Source: a virus
Lineage: Duplodnaviria > Caudoviricetes
Length of the DNA stretch: 48,059 bases
IMG/VR virus record: IMGVR_UViG_3300026270_000009
Location: 1 to 48,059 of that record
Reading direction: 5' to 3' (one strand)
The position numbers were made by a program, and so were the translations under genes. The notes below the pieces were generated by a model. It was not told where the DNA came from. It did not search any database and saw nothing but the letters and a program-made list of their open reading frames with translations. Shown piece after piece: positions 27,177 to 36,196 of this stretch (position 1 is its first letter; each line of letters begins with the position of its first letter).

Positions 27177-27755
27177 ATGACGCCGGAGCATCCTGAGTGG
27201 TACTTGATCACTCTCGAAGACCTCCAGCCAAGAGCTGCAGTAAGGCGATACAGGCAGGCCATTAAGGATGAATGGAATGGCTGCTGTGCCTACTGCGGAC
27301 GCTCAGAGGATCACGACGGAACCCCGTTAGAAATGACACTCGATCACGTCATCCCACGCAGGTGGGGCGGGGATCGATGGGCAAGGCAAAATCTGGTCAG
27401 TTGTTGTCTACGTTGTAACCACGAGAAGGGCTCGCGAAAAGACTATTTAGCATGGTGGCAATCCACTTCTTGGTACTCCGAAGAACGGGCGAAAAAGATT
27501 CTGACCTGGATCACTCCCTCTACAGAAATTTGGACAATTGGAGAACAGAACAATGGATCGCCTGAGCGAAGAGCAGCAATTCATCCTGAGAAGAGTAGAA
27601 CTAGAAGCAAACGAGCTAAGTCGAGAGGAACTTGTCGAAGCCTTGCTGGCCTCTTGGGAGGTGCGCTTCAAGCTCAAACAGCACTTCATGGAATTCAGCA
27701 GAGATGCTGGGCTAGCCTTTCGGTTGGAGGAAGCCAGGAGCCCGTCAGCGCCTGA
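27177..27755 (+). CDS. HNH endonuclease
   Basis: CAYCG...TLDHVIPR..GG.....NLVSCCLRCNHEKG. Confidence 0.9.
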   Translation: MTPEHPEWYLITLEDLQPRAAVRRYRQAIKDEWNGCCAYCGRSEDHDGTPLEMTLDHVIPRRWGGDRWARQNLVSCCLRCNHEKGSRKDYLAWWQSTSWYSEERAKKILTWITPSTEIWTIGEQNNGSPERRAAIHPEKSRTRSKRAKSRGTCRSLAGLLGGALQAQTALHGIQQRCWASLSVGGSQEPVSA

Positions 27756-27891
27756 ATCGTTAGAAGATTTAGAAGAGATATTTGGCTACGAACCAACAGA
27801 ACAAGAGACGATGGATTATATGAAGAGCCTGTATGAAAATGCCACAATGGAGTTGGATATGGACGAAATTGTATTAGGTGGCGATCAGTAA
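27553..27891 (+). CDS. nblA: NblA-like phycobilisome degradation adaptor with acidic extension
   Basis: LSEEQQFILRR...LSREELVEAL matches NblA L(S/T)xEQxF helix-loop-helix pattern. Confidence 0.55.
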   Translation: MDRLSEEQQFILRRVELEANELSREELVEALLASWEVRFKLKQHFMEFSRDAGLAFRLEEARSPSAPESLEDLEEIFGYEPTEQETMDYMKSLYENATMELDMDEIVLGGDQ

Positions 27892-28817
27892 TGCCGAGGC
27901 TTAAATTTGATCAGCTTGAGCAATTAGCTCGTGAAGCTGGATTCGATCCCAGCGTGTCACCGAAGATGGCTGCCATCGCCCTGGCTGAGTCAGGCGGTAA
28001 TCCTAGAGCTCATAACCCACGCTACCCAGACAACAGCTATGGCCTGATGCAGGTCAACATGCTGGATGAGCCTGGATATCAACTTGGTGCAAGTCGTCGC
28101 AAAAGATATGGGTTGAATAGCAACGAAGATTTATTTGATCCAGTTACTAATTTCAAAGCAGCAAAAGATATCTACGACAGTCAGGGACTTGATGCTTGGG
28201 CGGTACACAGCAGCGGTGCCTATAAGAATTTCCTGCCAAGCAGCTTCACGCCATTGCAGGGGCAAAGCCAATCATCCGTATCACCAGAGGCGGGAGGGTT
28301 GCGAATGGCTGCGCAGGATGGAGGCCCACTGGCTTTGGCAATGGCAAACATCAATAAAGAATTTGGACTGACAGAAAAGGCTCAAACCAGTCCCCTCGCA
28401 GCAGCTATGAATAACGTCAATAAAGCCTATGGATTGTCATCAGCTCCAGCAGCTGCTACCGCCACGTCTCAAACCATGCCGGTTAGTACTGGAGGTGGAG
28501 TGGGAATTGCAGATCTCGGACGCGGACTACAAGGCATGGGTTTCAAAGTTGCAGAACATCCAGAGTTTGGAGGAGTAGGCAAACACTCAGACAGATCACA
28601 CCATTACTCAGGACATGCTCTCGATCTGACAATCCAGCCAGGGTCTGAACTGCTTGCAGGCAGGCCAGATTCTGATTGGTTGGGATTGACCAGTGAATAC
28701 GGAGAGGCGCTAAGAAAAAGATTCCCGAATGCTGAGATCTTCCATCCTGGGTATGACCCGGTTGGCGGACATAATTCGCATATTCATATCGCCTTCCCCG
28801 GTGGAACTTACGGGTAG
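27891..28817 (+). CDS. Lytic transglycosylase fused to C-terminal M15-like His-rich domain
   Basis: AIALAESGGNP..H...SYGLMQVN; HSDRSHHYSGHALD...HNSHIHI. Confidence 0.8.
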   Translation: MPRLKFDQLEQLAREAGFDPSVSPKMAAIALAESGGNPRAHNPRYPDNSYGLMQVNMLDEPGYQLGASRRKRYGLNSNEDLFDPVTNFKAAKDIYDSQGLDAWAVHSSGAYKNFLPSSFTPLQGQSQSSVSPEAGGLRMAAQDGGPLALAMANINKEFGLTEKAQTSPLAAAMNNVNKAYGLSSAPAAATATSQTMPVSTGGGVGIADLGRGLQGMGFKVAEHPEFGGVGKHSDRSHHYSGHALDLTIQPGSELLAGRPDSDWLGLTSEYGEALRKRFPNAEIFHPGYDPVGGHNSHIHIAFPGGTYG

Positions 28818-28849
28818 TCGTTACATTCGAGAAAACATAGGTTCTGACC

Positions 28850-29209
28850 ATGGGATCAGTCGCTATTGGTGCTCTTGCTGCACTGATTGGAGTACTTTCA
28901 GGCCAAGGAATGTGCGCTGTAATTCGCAGCGGAAAACTCAGCAAGCGCATTGACCAGATCGAGGGAGCAATGCCTGAGCTGATTACCAGGGTGGAGGTTC
29001 AGGCAGCCTTCCAGCAGGTCGCCCAGGTGGAGGCGCAACGCTTGCAAGTCGAGCAGCAGAAGACAATGCAGCTCAAGCAGGCTCGTCAGATCGCCGCGTT
29101 CGGTGGCGGTGAGACGCCTAGCGAGATGAACGCAAAGATCAACGAGCAACTTGCCGCCCTACAGAGCAAGATGAATCAAATCAACTCTCAGTACAGCGCA
29201 CAGGGCTGA
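28850..29209 (+). CDS. Membrane-anchored coiled-coil protein
   Basis: N-terminal TM then Gln-rich helix; follows lysin-like gene. Confidence 0.65.
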   Translation: MGSVAIGALAALIGVLSGQGMCAVIRSGKLSKRIDQIEGAMPELITRVEVQAAFQQVAQVEAQRLQVEQQKTMQLKQARQIAAFGGGETPSEMNAKINEQLAALQSKMNQINSQYSAQG

Positions 29210-29829
29210 TGCTGACCGAAATTTTTCGGCTCTTCCCCAGGCAAATCGCCAAGGGGAAAATCAGTGATGACCTTTTGAAAGCCCTGCATCACAAAGCGGA
29301 TAAGGCATTCACAAAGAAAAACACTGGCGATGCTTCAGATAGGTTGGCCGGGAGACTAGAGCAACAGGTTTGGTTCCCACTAACAGATCCAATTGCACAG
29401 GACTTAGGCAAAATATTGGCTAAGTCCTGCGGTCACTGGATCCAAGAAGCGAAGACTCAGTGGGATGAAGCAACAACAGAGATATGGGAGAAGCCCTTCG
29501 GCATCGAGGTGTATGAACTGTGGTTCAACAGACAGCTCCCTGGCGACTTCAACCCTGTTCACATCCACGGTGGAGACTTTTCAGGAGTCTTGTACCTGGA
29601 TGTACCCGAGTCCATCGAAGACAGCGAAGGCGTCGAGGGGATGCTCGGAATCCATGGGCCTGAGTGCTACAACCCCATGACTTTCCAGGTTGGAATGATC
29701 CGTTATTTCAAACCGAAAGCCGGTGAGTACTACGTCTTCCCCGCATGGCAGCCGCATTCAGTGATGCCATTCGACGGCCCTGGTGAGCGATGGTCGATGG
29801 CATTCAATGCAAATATTTTGAGGAGCTAA
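29209..29829 (+). CDS. 2OG-Fe(II) oxygenase (TIGR02466-like)
   Basis: NPVHIH..FSGVLYL, FPAWQPHSV.PF, ERWSMAFN. Confidence 0.85.
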   Translation: MLTEIFRLFPRQIAKGKISDDLLKALHHKADKAFTKKNTGDASDRLAGRLEQQVWFPLTDPIAQDLGKILAKSCGHWIQEAKTQWDEATTEIWEKPFGIEVYELWFNRQLPGDFNPVHIHGGDFSGVLYLDVPESIEDSEGVEGMLGIHGPECYNPMTFQVGMIRYFKPKAGEYYVFPAWQPHSVMPFDGPGERWSMAFNANILRS

Positions 29830-30239
29830 ATGTCGCAAGCGCCATCGTCGTCGTTATGGATTTCGACGAGGGCAATGCGCTCTTCATGGCAACCGTCTGA
29901 GTCGCACCACTTGGTCATCATCCCGTCATGCTTAGTGAATGCCTGACCGTCAGGACCAGTGAAGCGATCATCAGTGCCCCATTGATTGCGCTGATATTCC
30001 ATTAAAAATATCAGGCAGCAACCAGCATGAGCCAGGTGGCTAAAGCCGGTCTCCTTGTCCCTGTCTTCGCCACGCCACCATGCAAAGATGTGCCGGCAAA
30101 GAGCGGAGAAATACCGACCCCAGTTTGTGCCACGACACCAGTTGTTGGCTTCGTATTTGTCAGCCCCAAAAGCAAGAACGTCTGCAATTTCTCCTATGGA
30201 TTCAAAGGGGATAAGGTCGTATCGCGTTTTAACCGCCAT
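29826..30239 (-). CDS. dATP/dGTP diphosphohydrolase-domain protein (DUF5664)
   Basis: KTRYDLIP...VLAFGADKY..NNW..G...A..RH..AWW.GED.D.ETG.SHLAHA. Confidence 0.85.
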   Translation of the reverse strand: MAVKTRYDLIPFESIGEIADVLAFGADKYEANNWCRGTNWGRYFSALCRHIFAWWRGEDRDKETGFSHLAHAGCCLIFLMEYQRNQWGTDDRFTGPDGQAFTKHDGMMTKWCDSDGCHEERIALVEIHNDDDGACDI

Positions 30240-30289
30240 AGCGATTTTGCTGTTGGATCTAGGATAGTGGGGCTATCGATTAGAAGTCA

Positions 30290-30673
30290 GTGGATAGAAG
30301 ATATTCAGGGATGCGTTTCTACAACGGCGTAGCTGTGTCGAACAAAAGTTCAGACGCAGCCGAGAGACTCGTCAATAAGTATCTTTCTAATGTACGCAAA
30401 GCGAGGCGGAAGTCAGAGGACTATGGCGGCAGTACTGGCGGCAGGAAGACAATCGATAGAAACCCAGGACTAGCAGTAATCAAGCAACGCAGTTCCAACA
30501 TCGGAGACTTGCGTAAGGTGTTTAATCAGGAAGGCACCGGCAGGTTCGGAGCACGCAAAGAAGCATGGATTGCTAAGCAGTACGATCCTGACGTCAGGCA
30601 AGCAATGGAAGACCGTCAGTCAGGCAAGGATAAAGAAGAGGGCTCACCAGGCGTCACTGTTGATCCTGTCTGA
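30290..30673 (+). CDS. Basic hypothetical protein
   Basis: Preceded by TAGGAT motif; opposite strand to neighbours. Confidence 0.6.
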   Translation: MDRRYSGMRFYNGVAVSNKSSDAAERLVNKYLSNVRKARRKSEDYGGSTGGRKTIDRNPGLAVIKQRSSNIGDLRKVFNQEGTGRFGARKEAWIAKQYDPDVRQAMEDRQSGKDKEEGSPGVTVDPV

Positions 30674-30879
30674 TTAGGTGCATTGACAAGCTTGTGAAGG
30701 CGGCACTTCTCTTCGTGGTAGGCCCCATCAATCTTTAGATGAATGGCATCATGAAGCCATGGGACAAACCAATCGCTGACCGGAAAGCAATGTTCCCAGT
30801 TGACGGGATTGGCACAACCAATCACAACCGTCGCAACAAATTGATTAATGAAGTGAATTAACCAGTAAAGGTCTGTCAC
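30616..30879 (-). CDS. Hypothetical protein
   Basis: GCANPVNWEHC...WFVPW; coupled upstream. Confidence 0.55.
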   Translation of the reverse strand: MTDLYWLIHFINQFVATVVIGCANPVNWEHCFPVSDWFVPWLHDAIHLKIDGAYHEEKCRLHKLVNAPNQTGSTVTPGEPSSLSLPD

Positions 30880-31304
30880 TCGTCAGGCAAATAAGCCTCA
30901 ACGTAGCGACGTGAAATTGGCGTCACGGCTAGCTCTGTCTTCTTTTGGATTAGGCGCACAAGATCAGTTGCCGAGTAATCCTGCATAGAAAACAAACAAG
31001 CTTTACCCATGTTCCAGCGTTCATCGCGATCGGTTGGATCCCACCAGCGAGTCACTTTGAATGGCGTGCTTGTGAGTGGTCTGTAATCAGGCAAGCTTTG
31101 ATGAAATGTCTGAAGCGAGGATGCCAGCGCGACGATGTTGTCAAAGATGTCGCGATCAAGCTCTTGCCTTTGTTCAAGCACATCGGGCAGAGCGTCATTC
31201 CAAGTAAGCCATGAGTCAAAGACTATGGACCGAAAGGAGTAGAACACCTCGCCCGATGGAGTAACGAACTCATCAAGTTCGTCCTGAGAGTATGGGAGAA
31301 ACAT
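30876..31304 (-). CDS. Degenerate peptidase M15A-like protein
   Basis: LTWNDA...NIVALA..L...PFKVTRWW...GKACLF; zinc ligands not evident. Confidence 0.5.
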   Translation of the reverse strand: MFLPYSQDELDEFVTPSGEVFYSFRSIVFDSWLTWNDALPDVLEQRQELDRDIFDNIVALASSLQTFHQSLPDYRPLTSTPFKVTRWWDPTDRDERWNMGKACLFSMQDYSATDLVRLIQKKTELAVTPISRRYVEAYLPDE

Positions 31305-31921
31305 TAGTCGCGATAGTTGTACTTCTTTTTCATGCCGAGCTCGTAAGCCTTCTCCCAATCGCGCTGCCCGCTTTCCTCGTTGAACACGACTGAGCCGATG
31401 GTGCAGAAGGTGTTCTGGAAGCGAGAGAGCTTTGTGTGAAAGCCTTGCGGGTCAACAGGCGGCAAATAGACGACACACGACCAGCTCGACGGGCAGATGG
31501 TTCGGAACATCTCCAGCTCGTCGTCGTACCAGCTGGGCTTCAGGCGGCTGAACGGAAAGCAGACCGGGAAGTCCCACGCCCAGGGGATCTTGGTGATCGT
31601 CTCGTTGTTGGCAATCCAAAGAACTGCCTGCTCAACATTGCCTTTGCGGTATTCACGCAGAGTCTTGTTGGCTAAGCGGCGGCTCCAAGCTGCGCCATGT
31701 GGGGCACCAACAAAAGCACGTTTTTCGCCAGGGAGTGTCCAGTCCATGGCGAGGACAGAGTCAAGGTCATGCTTGTCTCGATCAATAATGCGAGCGGCGT
31801 TAACAAGTCGGTTTAGGTCCTTAGTAGAGAAGGGATCAAAATCGATTGCACCCATTACGGCTTTGGAGGCGTCCACAAGTTTTGAAGGAGGCCCCAGGTG
31901 GACGCGGTGCTGAACACCCAC
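31304..31921 (-). CDS. Phage DNA adenine methyltransferase-like protein with altered catalytic motif
   Basis: VMGAIDFDPFS, DW, FVGAPHG in place of NPPY, PVCF...RL. Confidence 0.6.
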   Translation of the reverse strand: MGVQHRVHLGPPSKLVDASKAVMGAIDFDPFSTKDLNRLVNAARIIDRDKHDLDSVLAMDWTLPGEKRAFVGAPHGAAWSRRLANKTLREYRKGNVEQAVLWIANNETITKIPWAWDFPVCFPFSRLKPSWYDDELEMFRTICPSSWSCVVYLPPVDPQGFHTKLSRFQNTFCTIGSVVFNEESGQRDWEKAYELGMKKKYNYRD

Positions 31922-32358
31922 TACGAAAGATCCTCAATCATGGATTGCAGTGCCTTGGTGGGGTTCTCCCTGTCGATATAAGTGCAGACAATGCTGCTGT
32001 TATCGACGCGCATTACTAATCCATAGTTGTCGTAATTCAAGTTCTTGATGACCTTGGCAGTGTCATTCATGAGGTCCATGGTGGCTTTGTCGCCAGCACT
32101 CTTGGCCTCATCGGCTACCTCCATGATGACTTCGAGCGTCTTGTATTCGGATGGACGCTGGTCTCTTAGGTCAAGACAAAGAATGCCTGGGCCGCAAGCA
32201 TTCCATCCTTCATCGAACTTGCCAAGCAAGTCGCGAATGATGACCTCATGAGCAATAAGGTTGTAGGCCTTTGACTGTTCGCGATCAGCGCCAACAGCAT
32301 CAGCCATGTCGCCAAAAAATTTGGCAGCAAGCTCTTCGCGTGAGGGGCGAGTTTTCAC
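31921..32358 (-). CDS. Hypothetical protein
   Basis: 145-aa ORF coupled within operon. Confidence 0.65.
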   Translation of the reverse strand: MKTRPSREELAAKFFGDMADAVGADREQSKAYNLIAHEVIIRDLLGKFDEGWNACGPGILCLDLRDQRPSEYKTLEVIMEVADEAKSAGDKATMDLMNDTAKVIKNLNYDNYGLVMRVDNSSIVCTYIDRENPTKALQSMIEDLS

Positions 32359-32612
32359 TGTTCTACCTCCATGACGATTCGGTCAAATTGTTCAATGACT
32401 TTGTCCAGCACAAGCTCTGCCAGGCCTGACATCCCGCGAATTTCGCAGTACTCAGGATGGTTATCGAGCGACTCGTTGAATGCCATCATTTCTCCATGGG
32501 AAGCGATGAGCATGGCCAGCATGTCGTTCAAGTCAGGGTGATCGCCGCAGCAGTCCCCATAGAGCTTGAGTATCTCTTCGTAAGAGACTTGATCTTCACC
32601 TTCAAGTTTCAT
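32355..32612 (-). CDS. Hypothetical protein
   Basis: ATG immediately after thyX stop; acidic helical. Confidence 0.6.
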   Translation of the reverse strand: MKLEGEDQVSYEEILKLYGDCCGDHPDLNDMLAMLIASHGEMMAFNESLDNHPEYCEIRGMSGLAELVLDKVIEQFDRIVMEVEQ

Positions 32613-32613
32613 G

Positions 32614-33339
32614 TCAAGGAGCCAGTAGTGCTTTCTTGTGGCGGTGTTGCTGATACCAAGACCAGATCTCAGGGACCCAGCGATAAATCTGGAGCTCAAT
32701 GCCGGTCATCAGTTGTCTGACTTCGAGCTGTGCATCCTTCTTGGAACGAACGTCACAAAGGTGCAGCCAGAAACGGAGTGATCCTGTTATTAATCCGTGC
32801 TGAAGGTAACTTGTGCAAAGTACCGAACGAGCATGCTCTTCGGAGGCTCCCATCATGCGAAGACGTGAATAGTCAATCGCTGATGAGTAGCAGATAGCTA
32901 ACTCTTCCTCGCGCTGCTCCTCGGTCCACTTGTACTTATCACCTTGACGATCCCAGTAAGTCCCAGGCGGGCGAACATAAAAGACATCCTCTACATCAAG
33001 CTCGCGTATTGCGACCTTGTTAATGCGCTCGCCTGTGTAACGCATTGACTGATAGTCAAATGTGCAGCCGACTCGGTGAGTCCTGAGCTGCATCATTGTG
33101 TTGTGGTCAGCTCGAACCATCAAGCTGAGCGATGGATGCTCAAGAGGTCCCCAGTGACCCTTATTACCTTTGAGTAAACGGTTGCAGGCAATAACGCCAG
33201 CTTCGTCTTCAGGTAGCTGAGTCGGGAATGGAAATTCTTCGCTGTAGTCAGCGTGCAGAGCATTGAAGACAAGCCTTTGAGGAAAAGGCGATGCGTCAAC
33301 AAGCTCTACTTTGAAAGGCTCAATCGCGTGTGCTTCCAA
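32614..33339 (-). CDS. thyX: Flavin-dependent thymidylate synthase
   Basis: GHWGPLEH, QLRTHRVG.TFDYQSMRY, EHAR, R.KKDAQLE. Confidence 0.95.
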   Translation of the reverse strand: MEAHAIEPFKVELVDASPFPQRLVFNALHADYSEEFPFPTQLPEDEAGVIACNRLLKGNKGHWGPLEHPSLSLMVRADHNTMMQLRTHRVGCTFDYQSMRYTGERINKVAIRELDVEDVFYVRPPGTYWDRQGDKYKWTEEQREEELAICYSSAIDYSRLRMMGASEEHARSVLCTSYLQHGLITGSLRFWLHLCDVRSKKDAQLEVRQLMTGIELQIYRWVPEIWSWYQQHRHKKALLAP

Positions 33340-33436
33340 GACTCCAGTTCATCTGGAAGCAGCGTAGGGATCTAGCACACAGAGCGCATGACATGTCTTG
33401 CAAAGAGTTGTTAGCGCTTTATGTAGGAAATATGGA

Positions 33437-34123
33437 CTAGGCGTCCTTGATATAGCCCACGTAGTGATCGGTGAGTTCCCGAATATCGCCCAGCTCAGGG
33501 ACCTTGCCAATGAATCGATTTAGGTGAAAGATGCCGCTCTCTCCTATCTCTTTAGCCGCAAGCTTGGCCTCCTTTTCTTTCTGAGGTAGGTAGACCTCTT
33601 GGAAGTATCTGTTGGCATCATTGCCAAAATCAATAGCATCCTTATAAGGATCACCTGAAGACTTGTCCCCGGTATTCATCGTTGCGATGGGAACGTAATT
33701 TTTCCCACCGGGCTTACCGTCTGCGACTTCCTGGGCAAGGTCTTGCACGGCCTGAGATGGCACAAAATCTGTAGGAGCCTCCTCAGCGGCGGGAGCAAAA
33801 CCACTTCCGTCCCATTGGTTGAGGATGGCGCCTCGAATGTCACCAGAGCTGCTCAAGTTTTCACCTTGAGAGCTGTGATCAACCTCGTCTGGATGGGCTT
33901 GCGCTGCATGGGCTGCAATCAGATCCTTGTTTGAGCTCATGCCCATATTTGATCTACCGATGTAGACCTCATTTCCCTCTGCGTCCTTGCCATAAATATC
34001 GTGCTCGGTTCTACCAGGATTGCTCCTGTCCAAGCCGTACTTAGCGGCAAGCTCTTTGATGTCGAATTGCCCTTTGCCCCATTGGCCTGAGGCATAGTTT
34101 GCGGCGCTACCAGTTCCAGCCAT
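33437..34123 (-). CDS. Hypothetical protein, paralog 1 (shared C-terminal domain)
   Basis: GDPYK.AI.FGNDAN.YFQEVYLPQK...FIGKVPELGD shared with neighbour. Confidence 0.75.
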   Translation of the reverse strand: MAGTGSAANYASGQWGKGQFDIKELAAKYGLDRSNPGRTEHDIYGKDAEGNEVYIGRSNMGMSSNKDLIAAHAAQAHPDEVDHSSQGENLSSSGDIRGAILNQWDGSGFAPAAEEAPTDFVPSQAVQDLAQEVADGKPGGKNYVPIATMNTGDKSSGDPYKDAIDFGNDANRYFQEVYLPQKEKEAKLAAKEIGESGIFHLNRFIGKVPELGDIRELTDHYVGYIKDA

Positions 34124-34131
34124 GAGTTGAT

Positions 34132-34860
34132 TTAAGTGTTGTTGATTTTGTCAGCGTAATATTCAAAGGCTTCCCGTGGGTCTCCCAACTCAGGCACTTT
34201 GCCGATGAAATTAGTGAAGTTGAACAGGCCCCGCTCGCCAATCTCTTTGGCAGCCAGTTTGGCCTCATTCGCTTTCTGAGGTAGGTAGACCTCTTGAAAA
34301 TACTTGTTGGCATCATTGCCAAACTCAATGGCATTTTTGTAGGGGTCACCTCCTGTCTTCATCCCAGGCATGGACATGATTCCACTCTGGCCACTCTGTC
34401 CAGCCTCGACCTTGCCAGCAAGATCTACCAGGTCATCTGATGGAACAAAGTTTGGAGGTGCTTCATTGGTCGGTGCTGGTGTTGCCTCTGGTGTTGCTTC
34501 TGGCTCGTTTTTCTTGGCTTGGTAGTTCGTGACATAGTCGAACATCTGACGAAGATCATTCTCAGAGTCGACGTCTTTAATTCCAATATCTTTTCTTACA
34601 CGGTTCCAAAGCTGCGAAGTATTGACATCGCCGTCGTGGCCAGGCTTGCCTAAGTTCTCCGTGCCGGTGCGGCTGCCGTCGTATCTTGAGAAATCAATTT
34701 GATTTCTAAACTCGGGCTGATCACCTGCGCTGTCATCTGACATCCAGTCGTCATACGCCCTGGCTTCCTCGCCATAATTTCGAGGCTTCATTTGATAGCC
34801 TCTGTACACAGAGTTCCTAAGTTGCTCTAGTTCTTTTGGAGTAAAAGCAGCAGAAGACAC
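34132..34860 (-). CDS. Hypothetical protein, paralog 2 (shared C-terminal domain)
   Basis: As above; preceded by TAGACT motif. Confidence 0.75.
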   Translation of the reverse strand: MSSAAFTPKELEQLRNSVYRGYQMKPRNYGEEARAYDDWMSDDSAGDQPEFRNQIDFSRYDGSRTGTENLGKPGHDGDVNTSQLWNRVRKDIGIKDVDSENDLRQMFDYVTNYQAKKNEPEATPEATPAPTNEAPPNFVPSDDLVDLAGKVEAGQSGQSGIMSMPGMKTGGDPYKNAIEFGNDANKYFQEVYLPQKANEAKLAAKEIGERGLFNFTNFIGKVPELGDPREAFEYYADKINNT

Positions 34861-34890
34861 CTTTGATAAACGCTATTTCGTATTGTCAGT

Positions 34891-35577
34891 CTAACTTTCC
34901 TCATCCATTAAGGCAGACCGAATTAAATCATCTAACATGACCGGCTTATCGGACGACATTCGAAAGTCGATCCAAAGCTTGTTTGCCTTTTGGATTTTTT
35001 CGAATCGCTTGAAGTCTTTATCTCGCGTGGCTTCAAGGAATAGTTGAGTGTCGTGCTGGAGTTTATTGGAGCTAAACTCAAGATCAATCTTGGTCATGTG
35101 CATATTGTGGAAATAATGCGGCACGCCTCTGGCTCTGAGGTGAAGTGGATTACAGCATTGGTTATTGCCGCAGATCGGCTTAATCGGCAGTCGTCCGACG
35201 TCACCCCAGGAAAACCAGAACGCAACGCGAGGGGCTGAGTACTGTCTTGCAGCTCCCCAGTGTCTAGGAATTGCGAAGTAAGTTGAGTTGGACTTGGAGT
35301 GCTTGTTGCCGCGCCAGTTCCAGCATTCTTCTGGCTCGCCAATTTCAACAAACGACCAGAACTCAAGAAACCGTCGTCGATACTTGCGATGGATCTTATG
35401 AACGTCGAGTGTCAAACGCCCTTCAGTTAAGGCGGAGACGCAACGAACACAAGAATGGCTGTCGTCGTATCTAGGGATCCTGCCATCTCGCGAACCCAGC
35501 GAGTGATCATGAAATGGGCAGAGTGGCCCACCCTCGATCCTTGAATGGAGATCAGGTGGTATGGGCCACTGAGCCAT
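34891..35577 (-). CDS. His-Cys/HNH-type zinc-binding protein, likely catalytically altered
   Basis: ECWNWRG...SAPRVAF...ICGNNQCCNPLHL; extra N-terminal CPFH...CVRC. Confidence 0.7.
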   Translation of the reverse strand: MAQWPIPPDLHSRIEGGPLCPFHDHSLGSRDGRIPRYDDSHSCVRCVSALTEGRLTLDVHKIHRKYRRRFLEFWSFVEIGEPEECWNWRGNKHSKSNSTYFAIPRHWGAARQYSAPRVAFWFSWGDVGRLPIKPICGNNQCCNPLHLRARGVPHYFHNMHMTKIDLEFSSNKLQHDTQLFLEATRDKDFKRFEKIQKANKLWIDFRMSSDKPVMLDDLIRSALMDEES

Positions 35578-35611
35578 GTCGATACATTCTCTAGCTGGAA
35601 TTTATCGATAT

Positions 35612-35914
35612 TTATGCGGCATCATTTTTGACGCTTGCATCATCATCGATCTTGCGCAGCCTCATGACGTGATGAAGGCATGGGCTTTGAAGTTCATCCC
35701 AGAGGATCATGGCGTAATTGATCACATGTCCTCGTGCATCTCTTCGAGGCACAATCTCTTCGACTGTGCCAACCCTTCTATTTCGAATGATCCTGGCGAT
35801 CTGTTCGAAGTTGGGGTGATCCTTCTGGACGCAATGATCGAGATTCATCTTCGGCGCTTCGATTACACGATCGCCAACAGCTAGCCGCTTGGTAGCGCGA
35901 GTGGACTTACTCAT
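35612..35914 (-). CDS. Hypothetical SH3/KOW-like protein
   Basis: LAVGDRVIE...GTVEEI. Confidence 0.6.
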   Translation of the reverse strand: MSKSTRATKRLAVGDRVIEAPKMNLDHCVQKDHPNFEQIARIIRNRRVGTVEEIVPRRDARGHVINYAMILWDELQSPCLHHVMRLRKIDDDASVKNDAA

Positions 35915-36150
35915 GCGGTGTTCAGGGGAAAACCCTTAGGAGGAACAAATTCGCCACCGTGAACCACCAGCTGCTCAGAGCTTGGGCGTAATTTCACTTG
36001 GCTAGTTGGCCAGTCCTCGGTACGCGTGCTGCCTTCGAGATTGACTGAAACCAGTCCTCTCTTCCAGCCTTTTGTTGAAGAGCCGACCACGAAGCCTGCC
36101 TGGCCGGTATTCCGGTGGATGACACGATGGCCGATTTTCAACTCTGACAC
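35911..36150 (-). CDS. Hypothetical SH3/KOW-like protein
   Basis: LKIGHRVIH..TG..GFVV. Confidence 0.6.
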   Translation of the reverse strand: MSELKIGHRVIHRNTGQAGFVVGSSTKGWKRGLVSVNLEGSTRTEDWPTSQVKLRPSSEQLVVHGGEFVPPKGFPLNTA

Positions 36151-36196
36151 GAACCAAGTCTTTCAACCTGTATGACAGGGTAGTCAGGTTTATTGA

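Noticed and set aside
29826-30239. Evidence for a 2-aminoadenine (Z) genome
   Set aside because: This domain also occurs without PurZ; no purZ or datZ seen here
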